Source of the DNA: Patescibacteria group bacterium
GTDB taxonomy: Bacteria > Patescibacteriota > Minisyncoccia > Phycocordibacterales > PALSA-1337
Length of the DNA: 64,000 nucleotides
Direction of reading: 5' to 3'
Assembly (NCBI GenBank): GCA_038064415.1
Contig: JBBTTD010000003.1
Location: 2,597 to 66,596 of the forward strand
The position numbers and the translations under genes were made by a program. Under the pieces are notes generated by a model. It was given only the letters and a program-made list of their open reading frames with translations. It ran no database searches and was not told where the DNA came from. Position 1 is the stretch's first letter; each line of letters starts with the position of its first letter. Of the stretch, positions 50,277 through 59,695 are shown piece after piece.

Positions 50277-53200
50277 CTATAGTCCTTTGACTCTTTCAAT
50301 CACAAATCCCTTTTCACCATTTCTAGTATTTATCGTTGCTTTAATGGCCAGACAACTATCTGGCATAATCAGCGCGCGAAATTCTCTGTAGACTCGAGGG
50401 AATACTACTGCTTCCGAAGAACCGGAAAAATCAGCTATGGTAATAAAAGCCATAGTTTCGTTATTTTTTGTTTGTACCAAACGGACTTCGTTTATGATTC
50501 CAGCTAATATGATTGATGCACCATCTTTCAGAGTCTCAAATGCTTTTTTTATATTTATGCCATTCTTGTCAATAATTGAACGATATTTTTCAAGTGGATG
50601 TCCAGAAATGTAGAGACCTAGAAGTTCTTTTTCCCAAGTTAATTTGTCGCGCATTTCTGCTAAAGGCGCGGGATTTAGACGCAAAGTCGGGACGCTAGAA
50701 GTGTCGGTCATTGTTCCAAAAAGGGAATTCTGGTCAGTGTGTTGATTGTTGCTTTCTTTATTATATCCAAGCAAAAGTTCAGTATTGGCAAGCATGACTC
50801 CACGATCTTCACCAAAACAATCCATAGCCCCCGCTTTAATTAACGACTCAAGAGATTTTTTGTTTAGATTTTTGTCTTTAATGCGATCAAGAAAATTTGC
50901 CAGTGAAGAGAATTTACCATTCTTTTTGCGTTCCTCAATAATAGCAGTTGATATTCCTTGCCCAAAGTTCTTAATAGTTACAAGTCCAAAGCGGATACGG
51001 TAATGATTATTGATTGGAGCAAGCGCATTTCCGCCTTGCTCATCTTTTATTACGGTAAACTGACTAAAACTCTCATTGATGTCTGGTGGCAGGACCGGAA
51101 TCCCAATACGCTTGCATTCAGCAATAGTCTCCGCTACTTTTTCCGTATCACCTTGTTCAGAAGTCAAAACGGCTGATAAGTATATTTCTGGAAAATGCGC
51201 TTTCAGATATGCGGTTATATAGGCGACACGACCATACGATACCGAGTGTGCTTTGTTAAATCCATAAGCCGCGAACGGCTCAATCCATCTCCAGATTTCT
51301 TTGGCTTTTTTCTCAGACCATTTACTGTGATTGATACAACCCTGGATAAATTTTTCCTTTTGTAGTCCCATTTCCTTTGGAATCTTCTTACCGACCGCTT
51401 TGCGGAATTTGTCCACCTCAATCCAGCTGTATCCAGCCAGATCATGCGCCATGATTAAAAGATCATCCTGATAAACTAGCACGCCATAAGTTTTTTTAAG
51501 AATTTTTTCCAGCGCAGGGTCAAGATATTTGATTTTTTTCTGATCATGTTTTCTTTTGATATATTCAGGGATAAATTGAATTGGTCCGGGTCGATAAAGT
51601 GCCACCATGGCGTTGATGTCATGAATCGTGCTGGGCTTCAAGTCTTTCAGGAATCGGGTCATACCATCTCCGTTTAATTGAAAGAGGTCAGCGGTTTCTC
51701 CGCGCGCCAACATTTCAAAAGTTTTCTTGTCATTTACAGGAATAGTTTCTGTGTCAATTAGAACGTCATCAATTTTCTTGATCCTCGCGACGGTATCGGC
51801 AATTATCGTCAGATTTTTCAAACCTAGAAAATCAAACTTCAACAGTCCGGCTTCCTCAATGGAATACATATCATATTGAGTGATGATTTTACCTTCTCCT
51901 TTGGGATCAAATTGCAGCGGTGTATAGTCGGTAAGCGCACTTGGCGATATGACTACGCCCGCGGCGTGCACTCCAATGTGACGAGCGCAACCTTCAATTT
52001 TTTTTGCCATATCAATGATTCGACGAGTATTTGGTTCTTCTTTGTACGCGGATTTCAATTCTGGAGTTTCATTCAAGGCGCGATCAATTGTCATTGGAAA
52101 ACCTTGCGAACCAATCGGGATCAGTTTGGAAATTCGGTCACCGATTTCATAAGGGAATTCCATAGCGCGAGCAACATCACGGACTGAACCACGCGCCGCC
52201 ATAGTTCCGAATGTACCGATTTGGGCGACTCTATCTGCGCCATATTTTTTGCGGACATAATCAATAACCTCGTCTCTACGATCATCGGCGAAATCCATGT
52301 CAATATCCGGAGGGGATGGACGGTCTGGATTCAAGAATCGCTCAAATGGGATTTCATATTCAATTGGATTGATATTCGTAATCCCAGCTAAATATGTAAC
52401 CATTGATCCGGAGACCGACCCTCTAATATTTGAGAGAATTTTATTTTCTCGAGCAAAACGAAGCATGTCTGCTACCACCAAAAAATACGGGGCATATCCT
52501 TTGTCTCTGATCACTTTGAGTTCATATTCGGCGCGTTTAACAATTTCTTCGGTTTTTTTTACATCTCGTTGGACAAATCCTTCAAAAACTATATGCCTAA
52601 GTTCATCGTCTGGCTTGCGACCACTCTCAATCGTCAGGTCGGGGAAGACCCATTTTCCTAAAATCAACTCAAGGTTGCATTGCTCAACGATTTTGGTTGT
52701 GTTTTCCAAAGCATCGGGCGAATCCCTGAATAATTCTTCTGCTCGTTCTGATGAGATGAATGAGAAGTCGTCTTCATCGCTGTCGGAAATTTTATCCGAT
52801 GCATCGCTATGGGAATTGACACGCACCAATGTTTCTCTAGCGAGACGATCGTCGGGTTTTATGTAATAAACATCATGAGCGGCCATTATGGGAATTTTCT
52901 GACTTTTAGCGAATTGAATCAATGTCTTCATGTTGGCTTCATGGCCATCAATTTCTGGGTGGTGTGTGATTTCTATGAACAGACGCGGATAAAAATGAAG
53001 GTCAGGCCTTGGGTGATTTGGTGTTAAGGCCTGACCTTCATTTTTCTGACCTTGCTGAAAAACTTTTTTATAAAATTCCGCAACCTCTTTCGCCTTGTCC
53101 TGATTCCTACTTTTTAGCGATTGAGCGATTTCACCTGAAAATGAAGGCGAAATGGCAACCAATCCCTCATTATATTTTTCCAAAAGCTCGCGATCTATTC

Positions 53201-53555
53201 GCGGTTTGTAGTAGAACCCTTCAAGGTGTGATTTTGTAACTAATTGAATGAGATTTTTATAGCCCGTTTCATTCATGGCTAATAGGACCAATCGCGTACG
53301 ACGGTTGTCTATTCCCGCCTGCATATCTTTGCGCGATCGTGTCGCGACATAAAAATCAACACCGATAATCGGCTTTATACCTCTGTTTTTGCAAGTTTTA
53401 TAGAATTCAATCGCGCCATAGAGATTGCCATTGTCAGTCAATGCTAAAGATGTCATTCCAAGACTTTTGGCTTCACCAACCAAATCATCAATTTTCGGCA
53501 GAGCTGAAAGCAAGGAATAGTGGGAGTGGGTATGGAGGTGGGTGAAGAGGGACAT
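50277..53555 (-). CDS. dnaE: DNA polymerase III alpha subunit
   Basis: HLHTHSHYSLL PHP domain, PDIDMDF, HAAGVVI, LLKFDFLGL, YGFNKAHS. Confidence 0.97.
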   Translation of the reverse strand: MSLFTHLHTHSHYSLLSALPKIDDLVGEAKSLGMTSLALTDNGNLYGAIEFYKTCKNRGIKPIIGVDFYVATRSRKDMQAGIDNRRTRLVLLAMNETGYKNLIQLVTKSHLEGFYYKPRIDRELLEKYNEGLVAISPSFSGEIAQSLKSRNQDKAKEVAEFYKKVFQQGQKNEGQALTPNHPRPDLHFYPRLFIEITHHPEIDGHEANMKTLIQFAKSQKIPIMAAHDVYYIKPDDRLARETLVRVNSHSDASDKISDSDEDDFSFISSERAEELFRDSPDALENTTKIVEQCNLELILGKWVFPDLTIESGRKPDDELRHIVFEGFVQRDVKKTEEIVKRAEYELKVIRDKGYAPYFLVVADMLRFARENKILSNIRGSVSGSMVTYLAGITNINPIEYEIPFERFLNPDRPSPPDIDMDFADDRRDEVIDYVRKKYGADRVAQIGTFGTMAARGSVRDVARAMEFPYEIGDRISKLIPIGSQGFPMTIDRALNETPELKSAYKEEPNTRRIIDMAKKIEGCARHIGVHAAGVVISPSALTDYTPLQFDPKGEGKIITQYDMYSIEEAGLLKFDFLGLKNLTIIADTVARIKKIDDVLIDTETIPVNDKKTFEMLARGETADLFQLNGDGMTRFLKDLKPSTIHDINAMVALYRPGPIQFIPEYIKRKHDQKKIKYLDPALEKILKKTYGVLVYQDDLLIMAHDLAGYSWIEVDKFRKAVGKKIPKEMGLQKEKFIQGCINHSKWSEKKAKEIWRWIEPFAAYGFNKAHSVSYGRVAYITAYLKAHFPEIYLSAVLTSEQGDTEKVAETIAECKRIGIPVLPPDINESFSQFTVIKDEQGGNALAPINNHYRIRFGLVTIKNFGQGISTAIIEERKKNGKFSSLANFLDRIKDKNLNKKSLESLIKAGAMDCFGEDRGVMLANTELLLGYNKESNNQHTDQNSLFGTMTDTSSVPTLRLNPAPLAEMRDKLTWEKELLGLYISGHPLEKYRSIIDKNGINIKKAFETLKDGASIILAGIINEVRLVQTKNNETMAFITIADFSGSSEAVVFPRVYREFRALIMPDSCLAIKATINTRNGEKGFVIERVKGL
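52991..53045. repeat. Intragenic 20-bp perfect inverted repeat in dnaE
   Basis: AAAAATGAAGGTCAGGCCTT ... AAGGCCTGACCTTCATTTTT. Confidence 0.85.
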
Positions 53556-53643
53556 AAGTATAGTTTAATAGAAAGAAGAAAATAAGCAAAGAAGCAAAAA
53601 TTTGCATATTGAGTGTTTGTGGTTTAAGAAGTAAGATTAAATT

Positions 53644-54288
53644 ATGGCTAAAATTAAAGGATTAAAAGATTCTGGCATTGAATACTTGATTGGCATTGAC
53701 GAAGTCGGTCGTGGACCAATTGCAGGGCCAGTTGCCGTTGGCATCTTTCTTATTTCAGCTAATAATTTTGTGCATGTCAGAAAACTATTCCAAGGAGTTA
53801 AAGAATCAAAACAATTAACCGAGGTGAAAAGGGAAGAGTGGTTTGATATTATTGAACAAGCGAAAAAGGTCAAACATATTGATTTTCAAGTGACATTTCA
53901 GAGCGAGAAAATTATTGATTCTAAAGGATTGTCGTATGCAATCAAAAAATCATTGACAACTTCATTGAAATTAGTTTTGATTCGCAATAAAATCAGACCT
54001 AAACAAGTACGAATACTTCTAGATGGTGGTTTAAAAGCGCCAGCAAATTATCCCAATCAAAAAACAATCATTAAAGGCGATGAAAAAGAAATGGTTATTG
54101 CGCTGGCTTCAATCTGCGCAAAAGTTTTGCGTGATCGGAAAATGAGTAAAGTAGCAAAAAAATATCCAAAGTATGGATTTGAGAAACATAAGGGGTATGG
54201 GACAAGGGGACATTATAGAGCGATTAGAAAATATGGAATATCGTCAGTACATCGTAAAAGTTTTCTGAAAGATTTCAAAAGCAGATAA
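53644..54288 (+). CDS. rnhB: Ribonuclease HII
   Basis: GIDEVGRGPIAGPV, ESKQL, LDG, IIKGD, ASICAKVLRD, HKGYGT. Confidence 0.95.
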   Translation: MAKIKGLKDSGIEYLIGIDEVGRGPIAGPVAVGIFLISANNFVHVRKLFQGVKESKQLTEVKREEWFDIIEQAKKVKHIDFQVTFQSEKIIDSKGLSYAIKKSLTTSLKLVLIRNKIRPKQVRILLDGGLKAPANYPNQKTIIKGDEKEMVIALASICAKVLRDRKMSKVAKKYPKYGFEKHKGYGTRGHYRAIRKYGISSVHRKSFLKDFKSR

Positions 54289-54453
54289 TGAAAAACTGGC
54301 GGCAACAATCGGAATGATTGCTTAGATCCGCCAGTAAGACTCCTTAACAAACCAACTAATAGGTTGTCTAGGTTGCAGCCATAGACACGCCTCATTTTTA
54401 GCGCCCCCACAGTTATTGTTTGTTCTAAGGTTATTTTAGCACAAGTTTTGTCT

Positions 54454-54497
54454 AGATCCGTACCCCAGAAAGTGGACACTTTATGGGGTACGGATCA
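54454..54497. mobile_element. 44-bp palindrome resembling fused IS3-family ends, copy A
   Basis: AGATCCGTACCCCAGAAAGTGGACACTTTATGGGGTACGGATCA; its reverse complement matches 55518-55561 at 36/44. Confidence 0.55.
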
Positions 54498-54679
54498 AGA
54501 TATAGACAATCAAGAGTTTAAGCCAAGGTCTTGACGGATGTGATAGATATGGTATACTACCGCTAGATACCTCTCCCCACGTATCTAGACCGATGTAACG
54601 CACTGCCGTCTGAAACGGATAGCGCGGGCACGAAGCCCTTCGGCCTCTTGAATGGGGAATGTACATTGAAAGGTCAGTT

Positions 54680-55342
54680 ATGAAAATGAGACAACTGTTG
54701 GAGTTGGCGAATAAAGATAACCCGATGCTGGTTAAATACGCCAAGCGCTGGGTTGCGACAAGAAACCCGTCCGTGAAAGAGGAAGCCAAGTTGCCCGACC
54801 CGGTGACGGCGGCGCGTGCGTGGTCTAGAAAATCCCGTCGTAACTTTCTGATTACGATAACACTACTCATTCCGTGTTCTGCACTTGCGTTGGCCACTAG
54901 GGTTGCACACGACGTTTGGCATGTCCATTTTGGCTGGTTTACCATCTTCCCCATTCTGGTGTTTGTTCTTTTCTTTTTGGATAGTTTGAGGGATTTCTTT
55001 CACAAACCAAAAGACATCATACGGTTCCTTGAGACCATGACACTGCTTGAGTGGGTTCCTATCAAGCGGCGGGGAGGAAATATCACACAACTTGGTCCGT
55101 TCCCCGCAGATGAGGACTGGGATCCTGAGGAAGCCTCAAGTCTCTTGACATCGCACCTGTGCGCGTTGGGAGACGAGATTCGTCGAATGGAAGAAAAAAG
55201 GTCTGATATTCCATGGCGCGTCTCGGAAGTTGAAGCGAAAATCGCGAAATTGAGAAAGATGTTTGCGGAGAGGCATCATTTCTTTCGACGGTTTTTTCAC
55301 GAAATTCCAGAAGGTTGGGACTACTACTTCAAAAAGTACTGA
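54680..55342 (+). CDS. Hypothetical membrane protein (2 TM)
   Basis: Own promoter TTGACG-16-TATACT (54531-54558), GAAAGG RBS, terminator near 55360-55400. Confidence 0.7.
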   Translation: MKMRQLLELANKDNPMLVKYAKRWVATRNPSVKEEAKLPDPVTAARAWSRKSRRNFLITITLLIPCSALALATRVAHDVWHVHFGWFTIFPILVFVLFFLDSLRDFFHKPKDIIRFLETMTLLEWVPIKRRGGNITQLGPFPADEDWDPEEASSLLTSHLCALGDEIRRMEEKRSDIPWRVSEVEAKIAKLRKMFAERHHFFRRFFHEIPEGWDYYFKKY

Positions 55343-55517
55343 ACCTGTCTGACAGTTTCACCGCCCGTGTCGCGTTTTGCGACCCGGGTGGTTTTCTTTT
55401 TAACTGTGGTTGCAAAAACACCATGGAGGAAAAATATTACTGTCCAAACCTTCCATGCTGCTTTTCTTTTCCCTGTAGTATATTTTGGCATTGGTTTATG
55501 CCGCGCCTCTGGCGCAC

Positions 55518-55561
55518 TGATCTGTACCCCACAAAGTGTCCACTTTATGGGGTCCATTTCA
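55518..55561. mobile_element. 44-bp TG...CA palindrome resembling fused IS3-family ends, copy B, abutting the tRNA-Leu 3' end
   Basis: TGATCTGTACCCCACAAAGTGTCCACTTTATGGGGTCCATTTCA. Confidence 0.55.
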
Positions 55562-55648
55562 TGGTGCCCGGGGTGGGAATCGAACCCACATGACCTTGCG
55601 GTCGACAAATTTTAAGTCTGTTGCGGCTACCAATTACGCCACCCGGGC
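55562..55648 (-). tRNA. tRNA-Leu(TAA)
   Basis: GCCCGGG acceptor, anticodon loop CTTAAAA, long variable arm, CCA end. Confidence 0.95.
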
Positions 55649-55681
55649 AATACTAGTCATTAATTACTAATAACTAGTGGG

Positions 55682-55752
55682 AGGCCACGGCGGGAATCGA
55701 ACCCGCGATAGCGGTTTTGCAGACCGCGGAATTACCACTTTTCTACGTGGCC
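55682..55752 (-). tRNA. tRNA-Cys(GCA)
   Basis: GGCCACG acceptor, anticodon loop CTGCAAA, U73. Confidence 0.93.
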
Positions 55753-55841
55753 CAACTAGTCTCAAAGTCCATAAATTCTATGGTTTTAAAGACTTTACTA
55801 TAGTAGCATGTAATTTTGCAGACTTTAAGGACTTTATGGCT

Positions 55842-56165
55842 TTACAGACTTTTTTCAATTTCGTCTATTTTAATCCTATTTTTCTCGCCAAGATCAATCG
55901 CTACTTCAAAAAATGGAATACGACCAATGCGGGATTTTTCCATTACATATTGACGAAAATCAGTTAGTTGACGATGGGCAAATTCAAGCGCAACCGCCTC
56001 TTTTTCCACGGGTAACACCGTCATCAGAATGCGCGCCTTTCCACCTCCGCTAAAGATCTCAACGCCCGTAATTGTGATTAGTGATTGTCTATTTGATTCG
56101 CGTGAAAAAAATTCCGCGGCGAGTTCACGAATGATTTCTTTAAGTTTATTGTCTTTGTCAGTCAT
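55842..56165 (-). CDS. rbfA: Ribosome-binding factor A
   Basis: Follows infB; LITIT.VE...A.I...RIP.FE..ID.GE.NR..IDE. Confidence 0.85.
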   Translation of the reverse strand: MTDKDNKLKEIIRELAAEFFSRESNRQSLITITGVEIFSGGGKARILMTVLPVEKEAVALEFAHRQLTDFRQYVMEKSRIGRIPFFEVAIDLGEKNRIKIDEIEKSL

Positions 56166-56243
56166 AATTTAGTTATCGTATAGTATATTCTTTTATGGTT
56201 ATGTCATGAATTCCGGCTTTTGTGGGAATGACAAACTGACATA

Positions 56244-57848
56244 TTAATTCTTTTCAACTGTCCTCACCGCTTCAATCCTGTCTCCGACCGCGACTTCAAA
56301 TTTGGCGTCCAATAGCATTCCAAATTCATAACTTTCACGAATTTCGTCAACGCTTTTCTTTTGTTGTTGGAGTCCGCGGATTTTACCACGGCCAATCTCC
56401 GCTTCACGACGCGTGATTCGGACTTCATTTCCGCTACTTATTGTTCCAGTCTCTACTTTTCCGCCAATTACTTGCTTATCTTTTTCTTTTGAGAATATCG
56501 CCAAAATCTTCGCGCGGCCGGTCATTTCTTCAATATATTCTTTTGGGACTTTCGCCAAGAGAGCATCTTTGACATATTGGGTTAGTTCGTAAATGATTTT
56601 GAAATTTTTCACCAAGAGTTTGACGGCTGATCGCTCAATCATGGTCGCGGTATCTTTTTCTGGTTCAGAATTGAAGCCGATTAAAAGAATACTTGGATCG
56701 CCAATAACGGTTTTGATGTCATTTTCATTGATGCTCCCGATGCCTTCGGAGACGATTTTTATCTTGACTTTATCGTGAGTAATTTTGGCTAACTCATGCT
56801 TGATGCCATCCAAACTCCCGATGACATCGGCTTTGATAATAATTGGTAATGTGACGATTGTTGGTTCACTGTCAGCTTCTGTTTCGGCGTCTTTGGAATT
56901 CTGTGTTGTTGAATTGTTTATTGTTTCTTTGGATTTTACATCTTTACTGATTAGTTTCTTTGCTTCTCTCGTTTTCAATTCCTGATTCTTGGTTTTTGAT
57001 TCCTCCGCAATTTTTTCCGCCTCTTTTTTGTTTTTGACGGTCTTAAATTCAACGCCGCAGGCCGGCATATTATTCCAGCCGAGAATTCTGATTGGCATTG
57101 AAGCCGTGGCTTTCTCAATTTTTTCACCTTTAAAATTCTCAATAAAACGGACGGGCGCGAAAGCTTCACCCGCGACGACGAATGAACTCAATTCTAATGA
57201 ACCGTTTCTTAATAACAAAGTGGCTGAGACTCCTTTACGAGTGTCAAGAGTTGATTCAATAACAAATCCATTTGCCGATAATGAGAGGTCAGCTTTGAGA
57301 TCGGCTAATTCAGCCACAAGCATGACCATGTCAAGCAGTTCAGGGACGCCTTTTCCACTGACGGCGGATACTTCAACGCAAGGCACATCACCTCCCCAGC
57401 CCTCAATATAAATCTCATTTTCACCTAAACTTTGTTTGGCTCGTTCGGAATTGGCATTTGGTTTATCTATTTTTGTAATGGCGACTATATAGGGAATATG
57501 GGCGCTTTTGATAATTTTATAGGCCTCAATAGTTTGTGGTTTGACACCATCTTCAGCGGAGACGGCTAGAATTGCCACATCAGCCGCTTGGGCGCCACGT
57601 TCGCGAATATCACAAAATGCTTCATGGCCGGGAGTATCAAGGAATGTGATAGTCGTTTTCTTTTTTTCAGCGGAAATATGATCAACTTGATACGCGCCCA
57701 TGTGCTGGGTAATACCACCAGCCTCGCTGTCAACGATCTTGGTTTTACGGATAAAATCAAGCAGTGTGGATTTGCCATGGTCAATATGGCCCATGATCAC
57801 AACCACGGGAGGACGAACAATCAGATTGTGCTGATTTTTGTTGGGCAT
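56244..57848 (-). CDS. infB: Translation initiation factor IF-2, lacking the N-terminal domain
   Basis: [36 protein letters not shown]; G-domain starts near residue 12. Confidence 0.97.
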   Translation of the reverse strand: MPNKNQHNLIVRPPVVVIMGHIDHGKSTLLDFIRKTKIVDSEAGGITQHMGAYQVDHISAEKKKTTITFLDTPGHEAFCDIRERGAQAADVAILAVSAEDGVKPQTIEAYKIIKSAHIPYIVAITKIDKPNANSERAKQSLGENEIYIEGWGGDVPCVEVSAVSGKGVPELLDMVMLVAELADLKADLSLSANGFVIESTLDTRKGVSATLLLRNGSLELSSFVVAGEAFAPVRFIENFKGEKIEKATASMPIRILGWNNMPACGVEFKTVKNKKEAEKIAEESKTKNQELKTREAKKLISKDVKSKETINNSTTQNSKDAETEADSEPTIVTLPIIIKADVIGSLDGIKHELAKITHDKVKIKIVSEGIGSINENDIKTVIGDPSILLIGFNSEPEKDTATMIERSAVKLLVKNFKIIYELTQYVKDALLAKVPKEYIEEMTGRAKILAIFSKEKDKQVIGGKVETGTISSGNEVRITRREAEIGRGKIRGLQQQKKSVDEIRESYEFGMLLDAKFEVAVGDRIEAVRTVEKN

Positions 57849-57911
57849 AATGGTAAAAAGATATTGTATCAGAAATTGACATATTATGCTAATATTGTTA
57901 CATATTCCGCT

Positions 57912-58601
57912 ATGAAGCCCTATTTCCTCATCCCTTTATTTTTTCAAAAGCTTGTTTGGGTACCTGTTCGTCTGACATTCTATCTTTTTATCAGAATGAA
58001 AGTGGAGGGTTTAGAAAATCTACACGGTCTTGATCGTAGAGTGATTTTCGCGGCCAATCATCCATGCGAGCTTGATCCGGCGTTTATTCCGGCGGCAATA
58101 CCTTTTTGGTCACGGTTTTCTCCGATTTTTGGTGCTTCAAGAGAGAAATCATACTACGCAAAACTTGGTTGGCGGCGTCATTTTTATGGACGATGGTTTT
58201 TTGTGATGTGGGGTGGTTCTCCGGTTTATGCTGGACTGCACAACTATGAACAATCCGTGAGAAATCATATTAGATTGATTCAAGATCGAGCGACTTTGGT
58301 AATCTTTCCTGAAGGAGGTATCAGTCGAGATGGATTGATTCATCCAGCGAAGGGCGGGATTGCTTTTTTGGCAGAACGCGTAAATTGTCCAATTATACCA
58401 ATTGGTATTTCTGGCGCGGTCGGCTTGAATTTCAAAGATTTTTTTCTGCGTCGTCGTAAAGTTGTTGTCAGATTTGGGTCAGTCATAACTCAACAAGAGA
58501 TTAAGGATAATGTCCCTAGGCCAGCCAATTTTAGTCCGTCCATATATAGAGTGGAGGCGGACTATGTGATGAGGAAGGTGGGGGAGTTGATTGGGGGGTG
58601 A
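57912..58601 (+). CDS. Lysophospholipid acyltransferase (PlsC-like)
   Basis: NHPCELD (HX4D), IFPEG, PIIPIGI. Confidence 0.88.
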   Translation: MKPYFLIPLFFQKLVWVPVRLTFYLFIRMKVEGLENLHGLDRRVIFAANHPCELDPAFIPAAIPFWSRFSPIFGASREKSYYAKLGWRRHFYGRWFFVMWGGSPVYAGLHNYEQSVRNHIRLIQDRATLVIFPEGGISRDGLIHPAKGGIAFLAERVNCPIIPIGISGAVGLNFKDFFLRRRKVVVRFGSVITQQEIKDNVPRPANFSPSIYRVEADYVMRKVGELIGG

Positions 58602-58657
58602 TTTTAATTCGGAGGTAAGTTGGTTGCAAACATGTTTTTATCAGTTAGACTGAAGTT

Positions 58658-59524
58658 ATGGCGAAATTATCATACTCGCAAAACTATATAAACAACAAAC
58701 AACTCATAGAAAAATTGCTGATGTTTGTTGATTTTAATTTAGCCGATACAATCATAGAGATTGGGCCAGGTATGGGTGTAATTACCGACGAACTTATTCA
58801 ACACAACAAAGAGGTTGTGGCTGTTGAGGCCGACCAAAAACTTTTTTCCAAATTACAAAAACGATATGCTACTGTAAAAAACCTTACATTAGTCAACACA
58901 GATTTCTTGAAATATTTGCTTCCAGAAAAACCTTTTGTTGCTGTCTCCAATGTTCCGTTTAATATCACTGCAAATCTAATCCGTAAAATTACCGACGAGA
59001 AATCGAAACTATCCGTAGCATACCTTATTGTGCAGAAAGAGGCTGCTATTAAATTCGTTGGGGCACCATATGCACACTCTCCACTTCTTTCACACCTCTT
59101 ACAGATTAATTTTGAAATAAGGTGTCTTATGGATATATTACGAACAAACTATAGCCCGAGACCACGCTTTGACACAACCTTTCTGATGATTAAAAGACGA
59201 GAAAACCCTATATTTGATGAACCGGAGGCCGTGCAGTTTAAAAACTTTTTGGTTTACATATTTGAGCGACGCAAGCCACAAATTAAAGATGCTCTAAAAA
59301 GCTTGATGAGTAACCTGCAAGTCAAAATCATCTTGAGCAACCTTAATATTCCGGCAGGTACGGAGATAAAGAAAATAATGTTCGCTGATTGGGTAAAGAT
59401 ATTCAACACTTTCGTGCATCACGCGCCAGAAAAGTCAAAAAAAATAATAAGTGGCTCGTACGCGAAACTCCTTGCGGAACAGTTACAGCTAAAAAAGATA
59501 AATCGGTCGCGAGCAGACACCTAG
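58658..59524 (+). CDS. rRNA adenine N6-(di)methyltransferase, Erm-like
   Basis: YSQNY, EIGPGMG, VEAD, SNVPFNIT, VQKEAA. Confidence 0.85.
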   Translation: MAKLSYSQNYINNKQLIEKLLMFVDFNLADTIIEIGPGMGVITDELIQHNKEVVAVEADQKLFSKLQKRYATVKNLTLVNTDFLKYLLPEKPFVAVSNVPFNITANLIRKITDEKSKLSVAYLIVQKEAAIKFVGAPYAHSPLLSHLLQINFEIRCLMDILRTNYSPRPRFDTTFLMIKRRENPIFDEPEAVQFKNFLVYIFERRKPQIKDALKSLMSNLQVKIILSNLNIPAGTEIKKIMFADWVKIFNTFVHHAPEKSKKIISGSYAKLLAEQLQLKKINRSRADT

Positions 59525-59616
59525 CAAAATAAAAGGGGCTCAAGGAAAATTTATTCCTACAAGCCCTGAGCTTACTCCACGCTTTTTGCCTGCTCGCTAA
59601 GAAAAATTGTAATGGA

Positions 59617-59645
59617 TTGACGGAATCAAATAGATAATGTATTAT
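59617..59645 (+). promoter_or_regulatory. Sigma70 promoter of the palm-domain gene
   Basis: TTGACG-17 bp-TATTAT with TG extension; GAAAGGAG RBS downstream. Confidence 0.65.
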
Positions 59646-59695
59646 ACATTCAGCCCGTAAAGTACATTCAAAAAACCATAGAAAGGAGATGAGTC

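Noticed and set aside
56203-56233. Degenerate REP-like sequence GAATTCCGGCTTTTGTGGGAATGAC between infB and rbfA
   Set aside because: Single poorly paired copy in the window, insufficient support
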